A stretch of DNA of 64,000 nucleotides from Gammaproteobacteria bacterium. GTDB taxonomy: Bacteria > Pseudomonadota > Gammaproteobacteria > Ga0077536. Below, one piece after another: positions 48,082 through 59,500 of this stretch. Below the pieces are notes generated by a model, which worked only from the letters and a program-made list of their open reading frames with translations, had not been told where the DNA came from and searched no databases. Location: assembly GCA_963662545.2 (NCBI GenBank), contig CAXXLL010000002.1:1888001-1952000 (forward strand), in the 5' to 3' direction. The translations under genes and the position numbers were made by a program. Position 1 is the first letter of the stretch, and the number at the start of each line of letters is the position of its first letter.

Positions 48082-49821
48082 TCAATTCGGTTCACGCCTC
48101 GAGGCTAGGTGATAGTAGGGGGCGATTTCGGGCGCGCAGTTATCCAGATGCAGTTGCTTGATCCGCCGCCAGTACGAGGCGGTCAGGAGATCGCCGTGCC
48201 ATTCGAGAAAGACCTCCCGCAGTCGATCGTCTATGGCCAGAAAGCGAATGAACTCTTCGGGAAATATGTCGCGTTTGTCGACGTAAAACCAACTGCCCGC
48301 GCGCATCTCGTCTTCCGGGTAGGCCGCGTCCGGTAGGTCACGGAAACGGCAGTCCGTGATCAGGCACAATTCATCGTAATCGTAGAAGACCACGCGTCCG
48401 TGGCGCGAGACGCCAAAGTTCTTCAACAGCAAATCCCCCGGGAATATGTTCGTCATCGCGAGGTCCTTAATCGCCTGGCCGTAGTCCAGCAAGGCCAGGC
48501 GAGCCTCCGCGAATTCGTAGTCCTGAAGGAACAGGTTGAGCGGCGTCAAGCGCCGCTCTGAGTAGAGGTGGTCGATAACGACCTGGTCTCCGTCGAGCCG
48601 CACTGTTTGTGAGGTCGATTCGAGCAGTTCTTCGAGCAGCCGCGGCTCGAATTTGTCAATTGGAAACTCAATGTTGCGGAACTGCTGGGTATCGATGAGC
48701 CGCCCCGCGCGATCGTGGTTGAACACGAACTTGTACTTCTTTTTGACTTCGTTGTGGCTGATGTTCTTGGTATGGCCGAAATTGTCCCGTATCACTTTAA
48801 AGACGAGATCGTAGGAGGGCAGGGTAAAGACCAGCATGACCAGACCGCGATCACCCGCCGCGTGCACGAAACGATCCTCGCAACCGGCGAGATGGCGATG
48901 AAAGAATCGATAGCGTTCGGTTTTGCCTTGGCGTGCACGTCCGAGAATCGTATAGATCTCGTCCAGCGGCTTCCTCGGCAGCATCGACTGGATGAAGTAA
49001 ACCACCCCTTCGACCGGTTCGACATCGACCATGAAATAAGATCGCGTAAACCCGAACAGCACGCTGAGATCGTCCGTGGTATTGAGTACGGCTTCGATGC
49101 GAACACCTTTATCGGTGTTCTCGAACGCAAGTACCATTGGTGAGGTATTGTTCGACCAGAAGAGCTTACCGACGACGAACGCACGGCTCGATTGAAAAAA
49201 CACGTCGTGTATCACTTCTATTCTGCGCACGCTCTCGTCGGCCGATTCCACTCCACCGACGATTCGGCCGATCTCGCCGCATACGAATTCGATATCGGAG
49301 TCCAGGTCCAGATAGGGAGTGTTGAAACGAAAGTCGTCGAGCAGGCGTTCTACGACGCCGCGGATATCGCTCCAGTTAATGTAGTTATGCTGCCGCGCCG
49401 GATAGCGAACCGGCGCCTCCGGTGAAACGACATCCGCAGTATCGGAGACCTGAGTCGGATCGATGTCCAGGCTCCGCAATACGTCCCGGTAAACGGAATT
49501 GAAAAATGTCTTGGAGAATTCTCCGTTCGGAATGTCCTCTACGCGGCTCCAGTAGATTTTTTTTATATCTTGCCAGATTTTCAGGTCGTCAATTTGGGCG
49601 CCGAGTAGCTTGCGCTGGGTGGCCAGAGTGCGCGATACGGATTTATCGTAGAGTTCGATCCGCGCACTCAAATCGGTGCGCGCACCCGCCCAATCGCGAT
49701 TTTCAAATCGAGAGCGTGCGCGCTGCGATATGCGGCGATAGTTATTGTTGTAGTTGACGAAGCCGTCGTGAATGCCGGCCGCCGCTTCACATATCAAGAC
49801 TTGGTCTTTGTCCTTGGTCAA
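48082..49821 (-). CDS. aceK: Isocitrate dehydrogenase kinase/phosphatase
   Basis: FSKTFFNSV, GKTERYR, GLVMLVFTLP, NIFPGDLLLKNFG, FYDYDE. Confidence 0.95.
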   Translation of the reverse strand: MTKDKDQVLICEAAAGIHDGFVNYNNNYRRISQRARSRFENRDWAGARTDLSARIELYDKSVSRTLATQRKLLGAQIDDLKIWQDIKKIYWSRVEDIPNGEFSKTFFNSVYRDVLRSLDIDPTQVSDTADVVSPEAPVRYPARQHNYINWSDIRGVVERLLDDFRFNTPYLDLDSDIEFVCGEIGRIVGGVESADESVRRIEVIHDVFFQSSRAFVVGKLFWSNNTSPMVLAFENTDKGVRIEAVLNTTDDLSVLFGFTRSYFMVDVEPVEGVVYFIQSMLPRKPLDEIYTILGRARQGKTERYRFFHRHLAGCEDRFVHAAGDRGLVMLVFTLPSYDLVFKVIRDNFGHTKNISHNEVKKKYKFVFNHDRAGRLIDTQQFRNIEFPIDKFEPRLLEELLESTSQTVRLDGDQVVIDHLYSERRLTPLNLFLQDYEFAEARLALLDYGQAIKDLAMTNIFPGDLLLKNFGVSRHGRVVFYDYDELCLITDCRFRDLPDAAYPEDEMRAGSWFYVDKRDIFPEEFIRFLAIDDRLREVFLEWHGDLLTASYWRRIKQLHLDNCAPEIAPYYHLASRREPN

Positions 49822-49947
49822 TGGAGCCTGAAACTCAGCTGGGATTTGTCCGAATGGATGCCTAATCCAGGAAGTTTCTCGCGGAACGAAATGAGGGCGC
49901 AGCTTCTTCTCCAGGCGCCAGGCTCACTGATCAACACCTATTACAAA

Positions 49948-51243
49948 TTACAGATTTGCTATGAGCGCGCTCGCAAACTCACTGCACTTCACTTCCTTGG
50001 CACCCTCCATGAGTCGGGCGAGATCGTAGGTCACGATCTTCTGTGCGATCGTCTTGTTTAGCGCGGAGATTATGAGGTCGCCGGCATCGCCCCAGCCGAG
50101 GTAACGCAGCATCATTTCTCCGGACAGCAGAAAGGATCCCGGGTTCACCTTATCTTGGTTGGCATATTTCGGTGCCGTGCCATGCGTTGCCTCGAAGATC
50201 GCGTAACCGGTGTCATAGTTGATATTCCCGCCGGGAGCAATGCCGATACCGCCGACCTGAGCGGCGAGCGCATCGGACAGAAAATCGCCGTTCAAATTCA
50301 TCGTGGCTATGACGTCGAACTCGCGTGGACGAGTAAGCACTTGCTGCAGGGTGATGTCTGCTATCGCGTCTTTCACAAGGATCTTGCCGGCATCTAGCGC
50401 ATGGCGCTGTTCTTCGTTGGCTGCCTCGTTGCCTTTATCCGCGGCCGTGCGCTCCCATTGTTCCCAAGTGTATGTGTCATCGGGAAATTCGTTCTCGGCC
50501 AGGTCATAGCCCCAATTCCTGAATGCACCTTCGGTAAACTTCATGATATTGCCTTTGTGCACGAAGGTGATGCTTTTACGGTCATTGGCGATGGCATACT
50601 TGATTGCGGCCCGCACGAGCCGCTCGGTACCCTCTCGCGATACGGGTTTGATCCCGATACCGGAGGAAGCCGGGAATCGGATTTTCTTGAAAAGGTCGGG
50701 AAATGCCTGCTCGAACAGCTCGAGAAATTTCTTGTTCTCATCGGTCCCGTTTTCGAATTCGATGCCGGCGTAGATATCCTCAGTGTTTTCGCGAAAGATG
50801 ACCATGTCGACGTCCTGCGGCTTTTTTACCGGTGAAGGCACACCTTTAAACCATCGCACCGGGCGCAGGCAGACGTAAAGGTCGAGTATCTGTCGTAGTG
50901 CGACGTTGAGTGATCGGATACCGCCGCCAATCGGTGTTGTCAACGGCCCTTTGATGGCAACCAGGTATTCGCGGCACGCCTCGAGCGTCTCGTCGGGGAG
51001 CCAGGATCCGGTCAAACTATTCGCTTTCTCGCCGGCGTAGACTTCCATCCAGTGGATTTTGCGCGTGCCGCCGTAAGCCGTTTCGACAGCAGCGTCCAGC
51101 ACGCGGCGGCTAGCGCGCCACACGTCGGGTCCGATGCCGTCGCCTTCAATGAACGGTACGATGGGGTTGTCGGGAACCTGGAGTTTTCCATTGCTGATGG
51201 CAATTTTTGCTCCCTCGGCGGGAACTTGGTTTTTCGCGGTCAC
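49948..51243 (-). CDS. icd: NADP-dependent isocitrate dehydrogenase
   Basis: [37 protein letters not shown]; GTG start after GGAGGA. Confidence 0.95.
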   Translation of the reverse strand: MTAKNQVPAEGAKIAISNGKLQVPDNPIVPFIEGDGIGPDVWRASRRVLDAAVETAYGGTRKIHWMEVYAGEKANSLTGSWLPDETLEACREYLVAIKGPLTTPIGGGIRSLNVALRQILDLYVCLRPVRWFKGVPSPVKKPQDVDMVIFRENTEDIYAGIEFENGTDENKKFLELFEQAFPDLFKKIRFPASSGIGIKPVSREGTERLVRAAIKYAIANDRKSITFVHKGNIMKFTEGAFRNWGYDLAENEFPDDTYTWEQWERTAADKGNEAANEEQRHALDAGKILVKDAIADITLQQVLTRPREFDVIATMNLNGDFLSDALAAQVGGIGIAPGGNINYDTGYAIFEATHGTAPKYANQDKVNPGSFLLSGEMMLRYLGWGDAGDLIISALNKTIAQKIVTYDLARLMEGAKEVKCSEFASALIANL

Positions 51244-51338
51244 TTGCTCCTCCAAAATAGTCAAACACGCGGGGTCAGTGAACTCAGGCGATAAAGATAT
51301 CATTATGCCCGGTTTCGCTTCCCGTTGACGCGCATCAT

Positions 51339-52193
51339 ATGCTTCTTGCTCGCTACGTCTATTACCCTTTTGCCATCGTGCTGGCGTGGTACATCATCGT
51401 TTACTCCCAGCAAGCTGCGCACTTGATGCAGCTCGCGAGCCAGGCCCATTCGTTGCACGGCGCAACCGAGCTTGCAGTGAAGTCCCTGCTCGAAACTTGG
51501 AGCTTTTCACTTTACTCCGGCGCCGAAAACATGCGCGGCGATTATGCAGAAATCGTCGCGCGGGCGGAATTTCAACAGCGGCGCGCAGTGCTCGCGTCAT
51601 GGGCCCTCGCCGGATTGACGAGCGCCCAAATGATTTTGGTTAGCGTACGGAACCGGCCGCTCTTAGCTGCTGTCGCTTGGCATACGACGCTGATCAGCTC
51701 CATCGCCTTCAGCGTCGGTATCGTCGCGCCGATCCTGACCGTGCTCGCCTTTTCCGACGTGCCGATACTGGGCACGGTCGTGCTTAAATACGATACGAAG
51801 AGCATCGCCTCTACGATCGGTCACTTGCTCGGCAGCGGCAATTTATTTCTCGCCCTGCTCATCGGCCTGTTCAGCATCATCCTGCCGGTGATCAAGGTTG
51901 CATTGATGCTCGTGGCGCTGGCACCCGCCATGAAGCGATTACGCGACCGCAGCGTTGCGGCCATCCTCATGATCGGCAAGTGGTCGATGGCAGACGTGTA
52001 CGTCGTGGGCGTGCTGGTTGCCTTCCTGGCATTCACCAAGGATGAACTCAGCGACGCCAGAATTGAGATCGGGCTCTATTTTTTTACAGCGTATTGCATA
52101 TTATCGCTGGCCGCCGCCCACATCGTCACCCGCATGGCGCAAAACCGACCTGGGAATAGCCGATTACCCCCGGATACAGCTATTCGAGAGTGA
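51339..52193 (+). CDS. Paraquat-inducible protein A family membrane protein
   Basis: [26 protein letters not shown]. Confidence 0.8.
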   Translation: MLLARYVYYPFAIVLAWYIIVYSQQAAHLMQLASQAHSLHGATELAVKSLLETWSFSLYSGAENMRGDYAEIVARAEFQQRRAVLASWALAGLTSAQMILVSVRNRPLLAAVAWHTTLISSIAFSVGIVAPILTVLAFSDVPILGTVVLKYDTKSIASTIGHLLGSGNLFLALLIGLFSIILPVIKVALMLVALAPAMKRLRDRSVAAILMIGKWSMADVYVVGVLVAFLAFTKDELSDARIEIGLYFFTAYCILSLAAAHIVTRMAQNRPGNSRLPPDTAIRE

Positions 52194-53235
52194 AGGAGCC
52201 AAACGCACGGCTGCCGGCGCCCGTTGCAATCTCCCCAATGAGCTTGAGCGAATCAGCATCGATAATGCTGACGCTGCCGCTGGATGCAATGGCAACATAG
52301 ACTTCGCGCGCCTGGATTCTAATGCTGATTCCCTGCGGGTTATTGCCTACGGTAATCCGGGTCAACTCGCGGCGCTCCTTGAGATCGACGACCGAAACGC
52401 TTTTCTCGCCCCGATTGGTGACGAAAAGTCGTTGCCTGATCGGGTCGTGCGCGATGGCGAAAGGCTTTTTGCCCACTGCGATCTGAAAGTTGGACTGCAA
52501 TGTCGAGATGTCGATCACGCTCACATCCTCGCTGCTCTCGTTCGCGGTAAAGGCTTGTTGCCCGTCTGCGCTCACCGTTACGCCGAAAGGTGCGTCTCCA
52601 ACGTCAATCCGTGCAAGAGTCAGTCCATCCACCGTACTGATCACACTGACATTGTGATCGTCCTGGTTGGCGACGAAAAGATGCAGGCCGTCGGGCGCGA
52701 GGGCAAGACCCGCCGCCCCCCGACCGGTCTTATACTCACCGCGAAAACCTAGGCTGGCGGCATCGTATATTCGAACGCGTTTGTCATGCGCATCCGCTAC
52801 GTATATTCGGCCGATGCGGCTGTCGGCAACGATCCCTATAGGACCATAACCGCTGATCACACTCTTAAGTAAAGTCAGACTGTCCGGATCGATCGAGCTG
52901 ACCTCACGGCTTTTGGTACTCGTTACGAATACGAGGCGCCTTCTTTCGTCGATCGCGACACCGTTCGGATCCCATCCAAGCTCAAGGGTTCTGACGACCT
53001 TTCTTTTATCAAGCGAAATGATCGATACGGTATTTTCATCCTGATTCGTAATGAAGGCCAGCGGACCCGTCGTCCGCTCCTGCGCGTCGCCGACCGCGAC
53101 GCAGAGGTACAGCGCCATCGCAACGCCGAGGCGCGCATACGCGCCGCCGCTTGTCGCGACGTGCGGCACGTCCCAACGAATGCAACGAATCATGGGGCGT
53201 GTGTATAGGGAACCTCTGAATAAGTCATGGCCCAT
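52180..53235 (-). CDS. YVTN/YncE beta-propeller repeat protein
   Basis: Repeated FVTN/FVAN...VSVID units; true start probably downstream (about 53193 or 53118). Confidence 0.85.
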   Translation of the reverse strand: MGHDLFRGSLYTRPMIRCIRWDVPHVATSGGAYARLGVAMALYLCVAVGDAQERTTGPLAFITNQDENTVSIISLDKRKVVRTLELGWDPNGVAIDERRRLVFVTSTKSREVSSIDPDSLTLLKSVISGYGPIGIVADSRIGRIYVADAHDKRVRIYDAASLGFRGEYKTGRGAAGLALAPDGLHLFVANQDDHNVSVISTVDGLTLARIDVGDAPFGVTVSADGQQAFTANESSEDVSVIDISTLQSNFQIAVGKKPFAIAHDPIRQRLFVTNRGEKSVSVVDLKERRELTRITVGNNPQGISIRIQAREVYVAIASSGSVSIIDADSLKLIGEIATGAGSRAFGSFTLE

Positions 53236-53451
53236 CTGTCTTGCCCGTGAAATCGCGCAGCCTTACGCTACGAAGCTTGCCAATAGTCCCCGCTATTGCC
53301 TACGATTCGTGCCTTGATCTGCACAATTGCATGAACCATTCAGACGCACCATGACTTATTCAGAGGTTTCTTAGCATTTTTGCGAAATGGAATGATACCG
53401 ACTTATGCTGTCATCTGCGCCGGCACTGATGAATCCCATTAGAACGGCCCG

Positions 53452-53958
53452 ATGGTAATAGACAAGGGGCGTTTCAAAACGAGCATCTTCAAAATCGTAG
53501 CGCTTACTGCGGTGGTGTCCTCGCCGGTCAGCGTCGGCACAATTAATGCACCCACGAGTCTTTTGCTGATCATCCGCGGCGACGCCGTCGCAGTTCATTT
53601 CGAAGTCGAAATTGCGGACTCTCACGCGGCGCGCAGGCGCGGGTTGATGGGAAGACAAAAGCTCGATGCGCGTACGGGCATGTGGTTTGACTTCAAAGAC
53701 AGCCACCCGGTTTCGATGTGGATGAAGGACACCGTGATATCGCTTGACCTACTCTTTGCAGACCAAGAGGGCGTAGTCGTATTCTTGCAATCCTGCGCGA
53801 AACCCATGTCACTCGATCACATCGGCGCGCCCGTGCCGGTACGTTATGTACTCGAGTTGAACGCAGGTGATATTAAGACCTACGCGATTAAGGTCGGCGA
53901 TCGTATAACGATCCCAGGGAATCGACGGGAATTGTCGTTCCGATCGCAGCCCCGATAA
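53452..53958 (+). CDS. DUF192 family protein
   Basis: VEIADS...RGLM, GMWF, MWMKDT..SLD, YVLELNAG. Confidence 0.85.
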   Translation: MVIDKGRFKTSIFKIVALTAVVSSPVSVGTINAPTSLLLIIRGDAVAVHFEVEIADSHAARRRGLMGRQKLDARTGMWFDFKDSHPVSMWMKDTVISLDLLFADQEGVVVFLQSCAKPMSLDHIGAPVPVRYVLELNAGDIKTYAIKVGDRITIPGNRRELSFRSQPR

Positions 53959-54048
53959 ATCCCGACCGTAGAATATTCAACGGCATGCCGACTGTCACTA
54001 TTTTGATCCCGCGCGGATACCGGGCGTTCCGGGTCCGGACCCGATCCG

Positions 54049-54567
54049 TTAGTGTCCGCCCTCTGACAGATCCCGATAACTCCCACCGAAACCGTCGAGC
54101 GAGAGCGGCACGGTGATCGGCTGGCGTTCTCCGTCATGAAACGTGATCGTCAATTGATTCCCGGCGATCAATTGTTCGATGGTTGCATCGCGTAGCTTCA
54201 TTACGGCGCGGCAACCATCTGGCTCGCAACGTTCGACCGGGAAATTTGCCTTATTGCCGTCGTCAATCTGAATACTGATTCCGGGCGGCAGAGATATCCC
54301 GAGCGGCAGGCTCAAGATAACCGTCGGGGTACTGTCCGCAGGGGCAATTCCGATGGCAAAATGTAACACCGGTTGTCCACCGGTTTTCAGAACCAAGTTC
54401 TGAAACATGATGCAATCATGCTCTTGACTTTCGTCCGGGGATTCACATCGCACGGTCCAGCTGCCATGTGCTTTTTCCGTTACATCTGCGTGAGAGGCTG
54501 TCACGACGAATTGTATTGCAACCAAAGTGGCTGCGCCGATGAAATGGCGGCTTGCTTGCTTTATCAC
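54049..54567 (-). CDS. Invasion associated locus B (IalB) family protein
   Basis: Signal peptide, HGSWTVRC, LPLGISL, RCEPDGC, LSLDGF. Confidence 0.82.
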   Translation of the reverse strand: MIKQASRHFIGAATLVAIQFVVTASHADVTEKAHGSWTVRCESPDESQEHDCIMFQNLVLKTGGQPVLHFAIGIAPADSTPTVILSLPLGISLPPGISIQIDDGNKANFPVERCEPDGCRAVMKLRDATIEQLIAGNQLTITFHDGERQPITVPLSLDGFGGSYRDLSEGGH

Positions 54568-54595
54568 TAGGGTGGCTGATTCCTAATGGCGCACT

Positions 54596-55069
54596 CTACT
54601 CGGAATCTTTGGAGCCCGCCATGGCGCGACGCCGAAACCATTCGGGCACCTTGATGTCGGGGAATACGTCGTAATCGTCATAAGGTTTTATATCGAGTAT
54701 GGGTGTGTTGTCGTACGCATCGAGGCGTCTTACCGTCAACACTGCGCCGGTTCTCTCGATGAGTTCGACCACGGCGAGGCCAATTGAGTTCGGGTGGTTG
54801 CGACCACGGGCCGCAAATACGCCGCTCAGGGGCAAGGCAGGATCACCGCGGGGGTGACTCACCAGTGAAGCAGGAGGTCTCGCTCGATCCATCCAGAAAA
54901 GCACGAACAGATGCGAATAGGCATCGATCCCGACCAGGCCATCGACGAATTCTTCGAACACATGGATCGTAGACACGATCTCGCTTCGCTTCCGCGGCAC
55001 GTCCGCGTCGCTGACATCCGTATTAGCGACACCAATGGGTATGAGCGCGATCGATTTCTGCTGTGACAT
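54596..55069 (-). CDS. tsaA: tRNA (t6A37) N6-methyltransferase TrmO/TsaA
   Basis: LIPIG, YSHLFVLF, GVFAARGRNHPNSIGL, TPILDIKPY. Confidence 0.85.
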   Translation of the reverse strand: MSQQKSIALIPIGVANTDVSDADVPRKRSEIVSTIHVFEEFVDGLVGIDAYSHLFVLFWMDRARPPASLVSHPRGDPALPLSGVFAARGRNHPNSIGLAVVELIERTGAVLTVRRLDAYDNTPILDIKPYDDYDVFPDIKVPEWFRRRAMAGSKDSE

Positions 55070-55192
55070 TAATAATCCTCGGTGTCGACAATAATCCTCG
55101 GTATCGACCTTAAAGAAGAGAAACTACGATGCCGATAGCCTGTTGTCGACTTCGGCAATTTCCGGGTCAAACAGCCATTCGATAACCCCAAG

Positions 55193-56440
55193 ATGCTTGC
55201 ACGACGAAACAAGAATACGATCATACCCGGGCGGCTGCGCGCCTTAGCGCCGTTCAGCGGCCTGCCCGCGGAACAGCTCATCGTTGCCGCCGGCCGGGCA
55301 TCTTCCGACCGGTTCAATGACGGCGAGGTCGTGATTGCGTTGGGTGCCGACGACGAGAGTGACTATTTCCTGCTGGACGGAAAACTCCTGATTTCGGATG
55401 TCGATGGAAAGTCCAAGCTCGTTACGGCTGGATCGGCCGAGGCCTTGAACGTCATCGCGCCGTTGCGGCCGTCCATTTATAACGTCCGGGCATCGGGGTT
55501 GGCGCTGTGTGCGCGAATCCCTCGCGCGGAAGTCGCAGTGTTGCGTGAACAGGTCGAACGCATCAACCAATCCTCCTTCAAGGAGGTGGACACCGAACCG
55601 TCGGCGACCCAGGGTCTACTGTTTGATCTCGAAGCGGACGTAGCCGCCGACCGATTGAAACTGCCGAGCCTGCCGGATATCGCGCTCAGGATCCGTGAAG
55701 TCCTGTCCAACCGCGTCTGTGATAATCAGCGCGTCGCCGATCTGCTTTCGACCGACCCATCGGCCGCGGCAAAGATCCTCAAGATTGCAAACAGTCCGCT
55801 GTGCCGCGGCGTCTCAACAATAATGAATCTACGTGAAGCCGTGGCCCGGATCGGTATGCACACGGTCAGCGAACTCGTGATCTGTTTTTCGCTCAAAGAT
55901 CTGTTCGACACGAGTGCGCCGGACGTGCGCAAGCTGTTCGCGCACATTGTTGGAGAATCCGTACGCATCGGTGCGACGGGCTCCGTGATAGCCGAGCGCG
56001 CCTCGACCGGCAACGCCGAGCAAGCCCTGGTGGCCGGACTGCTGAGCAACATCGGCGCCTTTCCGATCTTGGAACGCCTCGCAATGCGGCCCGACGTGGT
56101 CCAGGACCCGTCCAAGGCCGAGGCTGCTATCGAAGCGCACGGGGCCCAAATCGGGGTGCTCATCTGCCGGAAATGGAACTTCGGTGATGCGGTGATCGAG
56201 GCAGTATCCGAAAATCGGAACTGGGCATTTGTCTCGCACGGAGAACTGACTCTGGCGGAGATTGTGATTTGCGCGCGCTATCACGTGCTCCTGAGTCTCG
56301 GGCAGATACAAAATCTGCCCAAGCCCGAGCAAATCAGGGCGATGCGTGTACTGGGCGGCGAAGTCACGCCTGAAATGAGTCTGGAGATTATCAAAGACGC
56401 AAAAGAACGCATCGACGTTTTGCTGGATACGCTGTCCTGA
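55193..56440 (+). CDS. Cyclic nucleotide-binding plus HDOD domain protein
   Basis: N-terminal cNMP-like YFLLDG; LPSLPDIA, LKIANSP, AGLLSNIG (HDOD). Confidence 0.82.
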   Translation: MLARRNKNTIIPGRLRALAPFSGLPAEQLIVAAGRASSDRFNDGEVVIALGADDESDYFLLDGKLLISDVDGKSKLVTAGSAEALNVIAPLRPSIYNVRASGLALCARIPRAEVAVLREQVERINQSSFKEVDTEPSATQGLLFDLEADVAADRLKLPSLPDIALRIREVLSNRVCDNQRVADLLSTDPSAAAKILKIANSPLCRGVSTIMNLREAVARIGMHTVSELVICFSLKDLFDTSAPDVRKLFAHIVGESVRIGATGSVIAERASTGNAEQALVAGLLSNIGAFPILERLAMRPDVVQDPSKAEAAIEAHGAQIGVLICRKWNFGDAVIEAVSENRNWAFVSHGELTLAEIVICARYHVLLSLGQIQNLPKPEQIRAMRVLGGEVTPEMSLEIIKDAKERIDVLLDTLS

Positions 56441-56585
56441 TTTCGCTCCTGACGCACCCGCTGCGTCCGCCAAGCTTCAAGTCATGTGGTTTCGAGCACC
56501 GTCGAGCATGACTTGATTTCCCTCGCCGTTACGAGAAACATCCCTGGCGTGGCCTTGCGGCGGTGATCGCGGTAGTCTCGTTCAT

Positions 56586-59500
56586 ATGCTCCCGGATTCT
56601 TTCGATCCCGCCGTTCGGGCCTGGTTTAACGGCACGTTCGAAACCCCCACACCCTGCCAGGTACGCGCTTGGGCGGCGCTGGAGCGCCACCGACATACCC
56701 TGGTTGCGGCGCCGACGGGATCGGGCAAGACGCTCGCGGCGTTTCTGACCGCGATCAGTGACCTTGCACAGCAAATACGCTGCGAGAAGCTCGCGAACGA
56801 AACCCGCGTGCTTTACGTATCGCCTTTGAAGGCACTGAGCAACGACGTGCAGCGTAATCTCGAACAACCGCTGGCGGCGATCCAGAAGCTACTCGAGCGC
56901 GAACTCGGGCAAGTGCCGGCGATTACGAGTGCCGTTAGAACGGGTGATACGCCTGTCGCAGCGCGCAACCGTATGCGCAAGCGGCCGCCGCATATTCTCG
57001 TCACCACACCCGAATCGCTATACATCTTGCTGACTAGCGATAGCGGGCGGGAAACGCTCAAAACGATTCGGACCGTCATCATCGACGAAATCCACGCCCT
57101 CGCCGGCAATAAGCGCGGCGCGCATCTTTCGCTGAGCCTCGAACGGCTCTCGCACGTGATTGGCCGTGCGCCCGTGCGCATCGGATTGTCCGCCACGCAA
57201 CGGCCGATCGAACGGGTCGCCGAATTTCTTACCGGGACAGCGTACGGAGCCGCAACCGGAGAACAGTGCGAAATCGTCGACGAAGGCCACATTCGGGCGC
57301 GCGATATCGCCATCGAAATGCCCAAATCACCGCTGGAAGCGATTGTTTCCGCCGAGGTCGCGGGTGAGATCCGAGAACGGATCATCGAACTCATAGCAAC
57401 GCATGCGACGACGCTCATCTTTGTCAACACTCGGCGAATGACCGAACGCCTGGCCCGCGCGCTGGCCGACAGCATCGGCGACGACGCGGTCTGCGCGCAC
57501 CACGGCAGTATGTCGCGGGAACGCCGCCACGATGCCGAAAGGCGACTTAAAAACGGCCAACTCAAGGCGCTAGTCGCGACCGCCTCGCTCGAGCTCGGCA
57601 TCGATATTGGCAATGTCGATCTCGTCTGCCAACTCGGTTCGACACGATCGCTCGCAATGCTGTTGCAAAGGATCGGCCGCTCCGGCCATGCCGTCGGCGG
57701 CGTCGCTAAAGGGCGCTTGTTTCCCCAGACGCGCGACGAATTGGTCGAGTGCGTGGCGCTACTGGACATGATTCGACGCGATGAACTCGATACCTTGGAA
57801 ATTCCCCGCGGCCCGCTCGACGTACTCGCGCAACAGATCGTCGCCGAGGTGTCGTGCGAGGACTACGCGATCGACGACCTGCACGCGGTTTTTACTAAAG
57901 CCTGGCCGTATCGTGGTTTGAGCGCGGCGTCATTGCTGAAGGTCGTGCGCATGCTCGCAGAGGGCTTCAGTTTCGCTCGAGGACGGCGCTCCGCCTATCT
58001 CCATCTCGACGACGTCAACGGGCGTTTGCGTGGGCGGCGGGGTGCGCGCTTGACGGCGATAACCTGCGGGGGCGCGATACCCGACAACGCCGAATACGAC
58101 GTCATCGCCGAGCCGAGTGGAGAGCTCGTCGGTACGGTCAATGAGGACTTCGCAATCGAGAGCCTGCCGGGCAACATCTTCCAGCTCGGCAATACTTCCT
58201 GGCGCGTCCTGCGGGTTGAATCAGCCGGCCTGCGCGTCCAGGATGCCGCCGGACAGCCACCCAACATGCCGTTCTGGTTTGGCGAAGCACCGGCGCGGAC
58301 ACTGGAATTTTCTGCCGCGGTGTCCCGCCTGCGTCAAGATTTCGCCGAACAAATCGAGGTCTGTGACGGGAATCTCGACTCCCTGACCGAGGCATTGGCC
58401 GATATTCCGGGCGCGGGCCCGGTCGCGCGGCGGCAGCTAAGCGAATACCTCCTCAGCGCTTATCGTGCGCTCGGCACAATGCCGACGCAGCAAACCCTGG
58501 TCATGGAGCGTTTTTTCGACGAATCGGGCGGCATGCAGCTCGTGATCCACTCGCTTTTCGGCAGCCGCGTCAACAAAGCCTGGGGCCTGGCACTCCGTAA
58601 GCGTTTGTGTCGCACCTTTAATTTCGAATTGCAGGCGGCCGCCATCGAAGACGCCATCGTCATCTCGCTCGGCGCCGTGCATAGTTTCCCGCTCGACGAA
58701 GTCTGGCGTTATCTCAATCGGGAAACGGTGCGCGAGGTGCTCACCCAGGCGCTGCTGGATGCACCGATGTTCACGGTGCGCTGGCGCTGGGTCGCTACCT
58801 GCGCGCTGGCGATCCAACGGTTCCGCGCGGGGCGCAAGGTACCGCCGCGTCTGCAACGCATGAGCGCCGAAGACCTGGTCGCGTTGGTGTTCCCGGACCA
58901 GCTCGCGTGCGCGGAAAACCTCAATGGCCGCCGGGATATTCCGGAGCATCCCTTGGTCGAGCAGGCGATCGGCGACTGTCTCAACGAAGTGATGGACATC
59001 GATGCGTTCGAGCGCCTGCTGAGCGCGATGAGGAACGGCGAAATAACCTTGGTCGAGCGGGATCTCACGGAACCCTCGCCGTTCGCGCTGCAGGTGCTCA
59101 ACGCCAATCCCTACGCTTTTCTCGACGACGCGCCGCTGGAGGAACGCCGTACTCAGGCGGTCCAGAGCAGGCGCTGGCTGGATCCGACTACGGCAAGCGA
59201 TCTCAGTGCTCTGGATGCGGACGCTATCGAAAGAGTCCGAGCGGAAGTCTGGCCGGACGCGCAGAGCGAAGACGAGTTGCATGAAGCCGTCCTGATGCTG
59301 GGTTTCGTGGCCGACGATGAAATAGCCACGCTCTTCAGCACCCGCATTGCGGGCGAGGGTGACCTGTTCGGCGGCGTCGCCGAACCGTGGCTGGCGCGGC
59401 TAGAGGACGATGGACGTCTGGTCCGCGTCACCGCTCCGAAAGCGGGATGGGTGGCGACGGAACGTTGTCACGAGGCACGGGCGATTTGGGCGAACGCGGC

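Noticed and set aside
48082-51243. aceK adjacent to icd
   Set aside because: A known enzyme-regulator pair; the adjacency is functionally unsurprising.
56477-56516. 10-bp inverted repeat TCAAGTCATG/CATGACTTGA
   Set aside because: Short, with a 20-nt loop; it could be a weak terminator or operator but support is insufficient.
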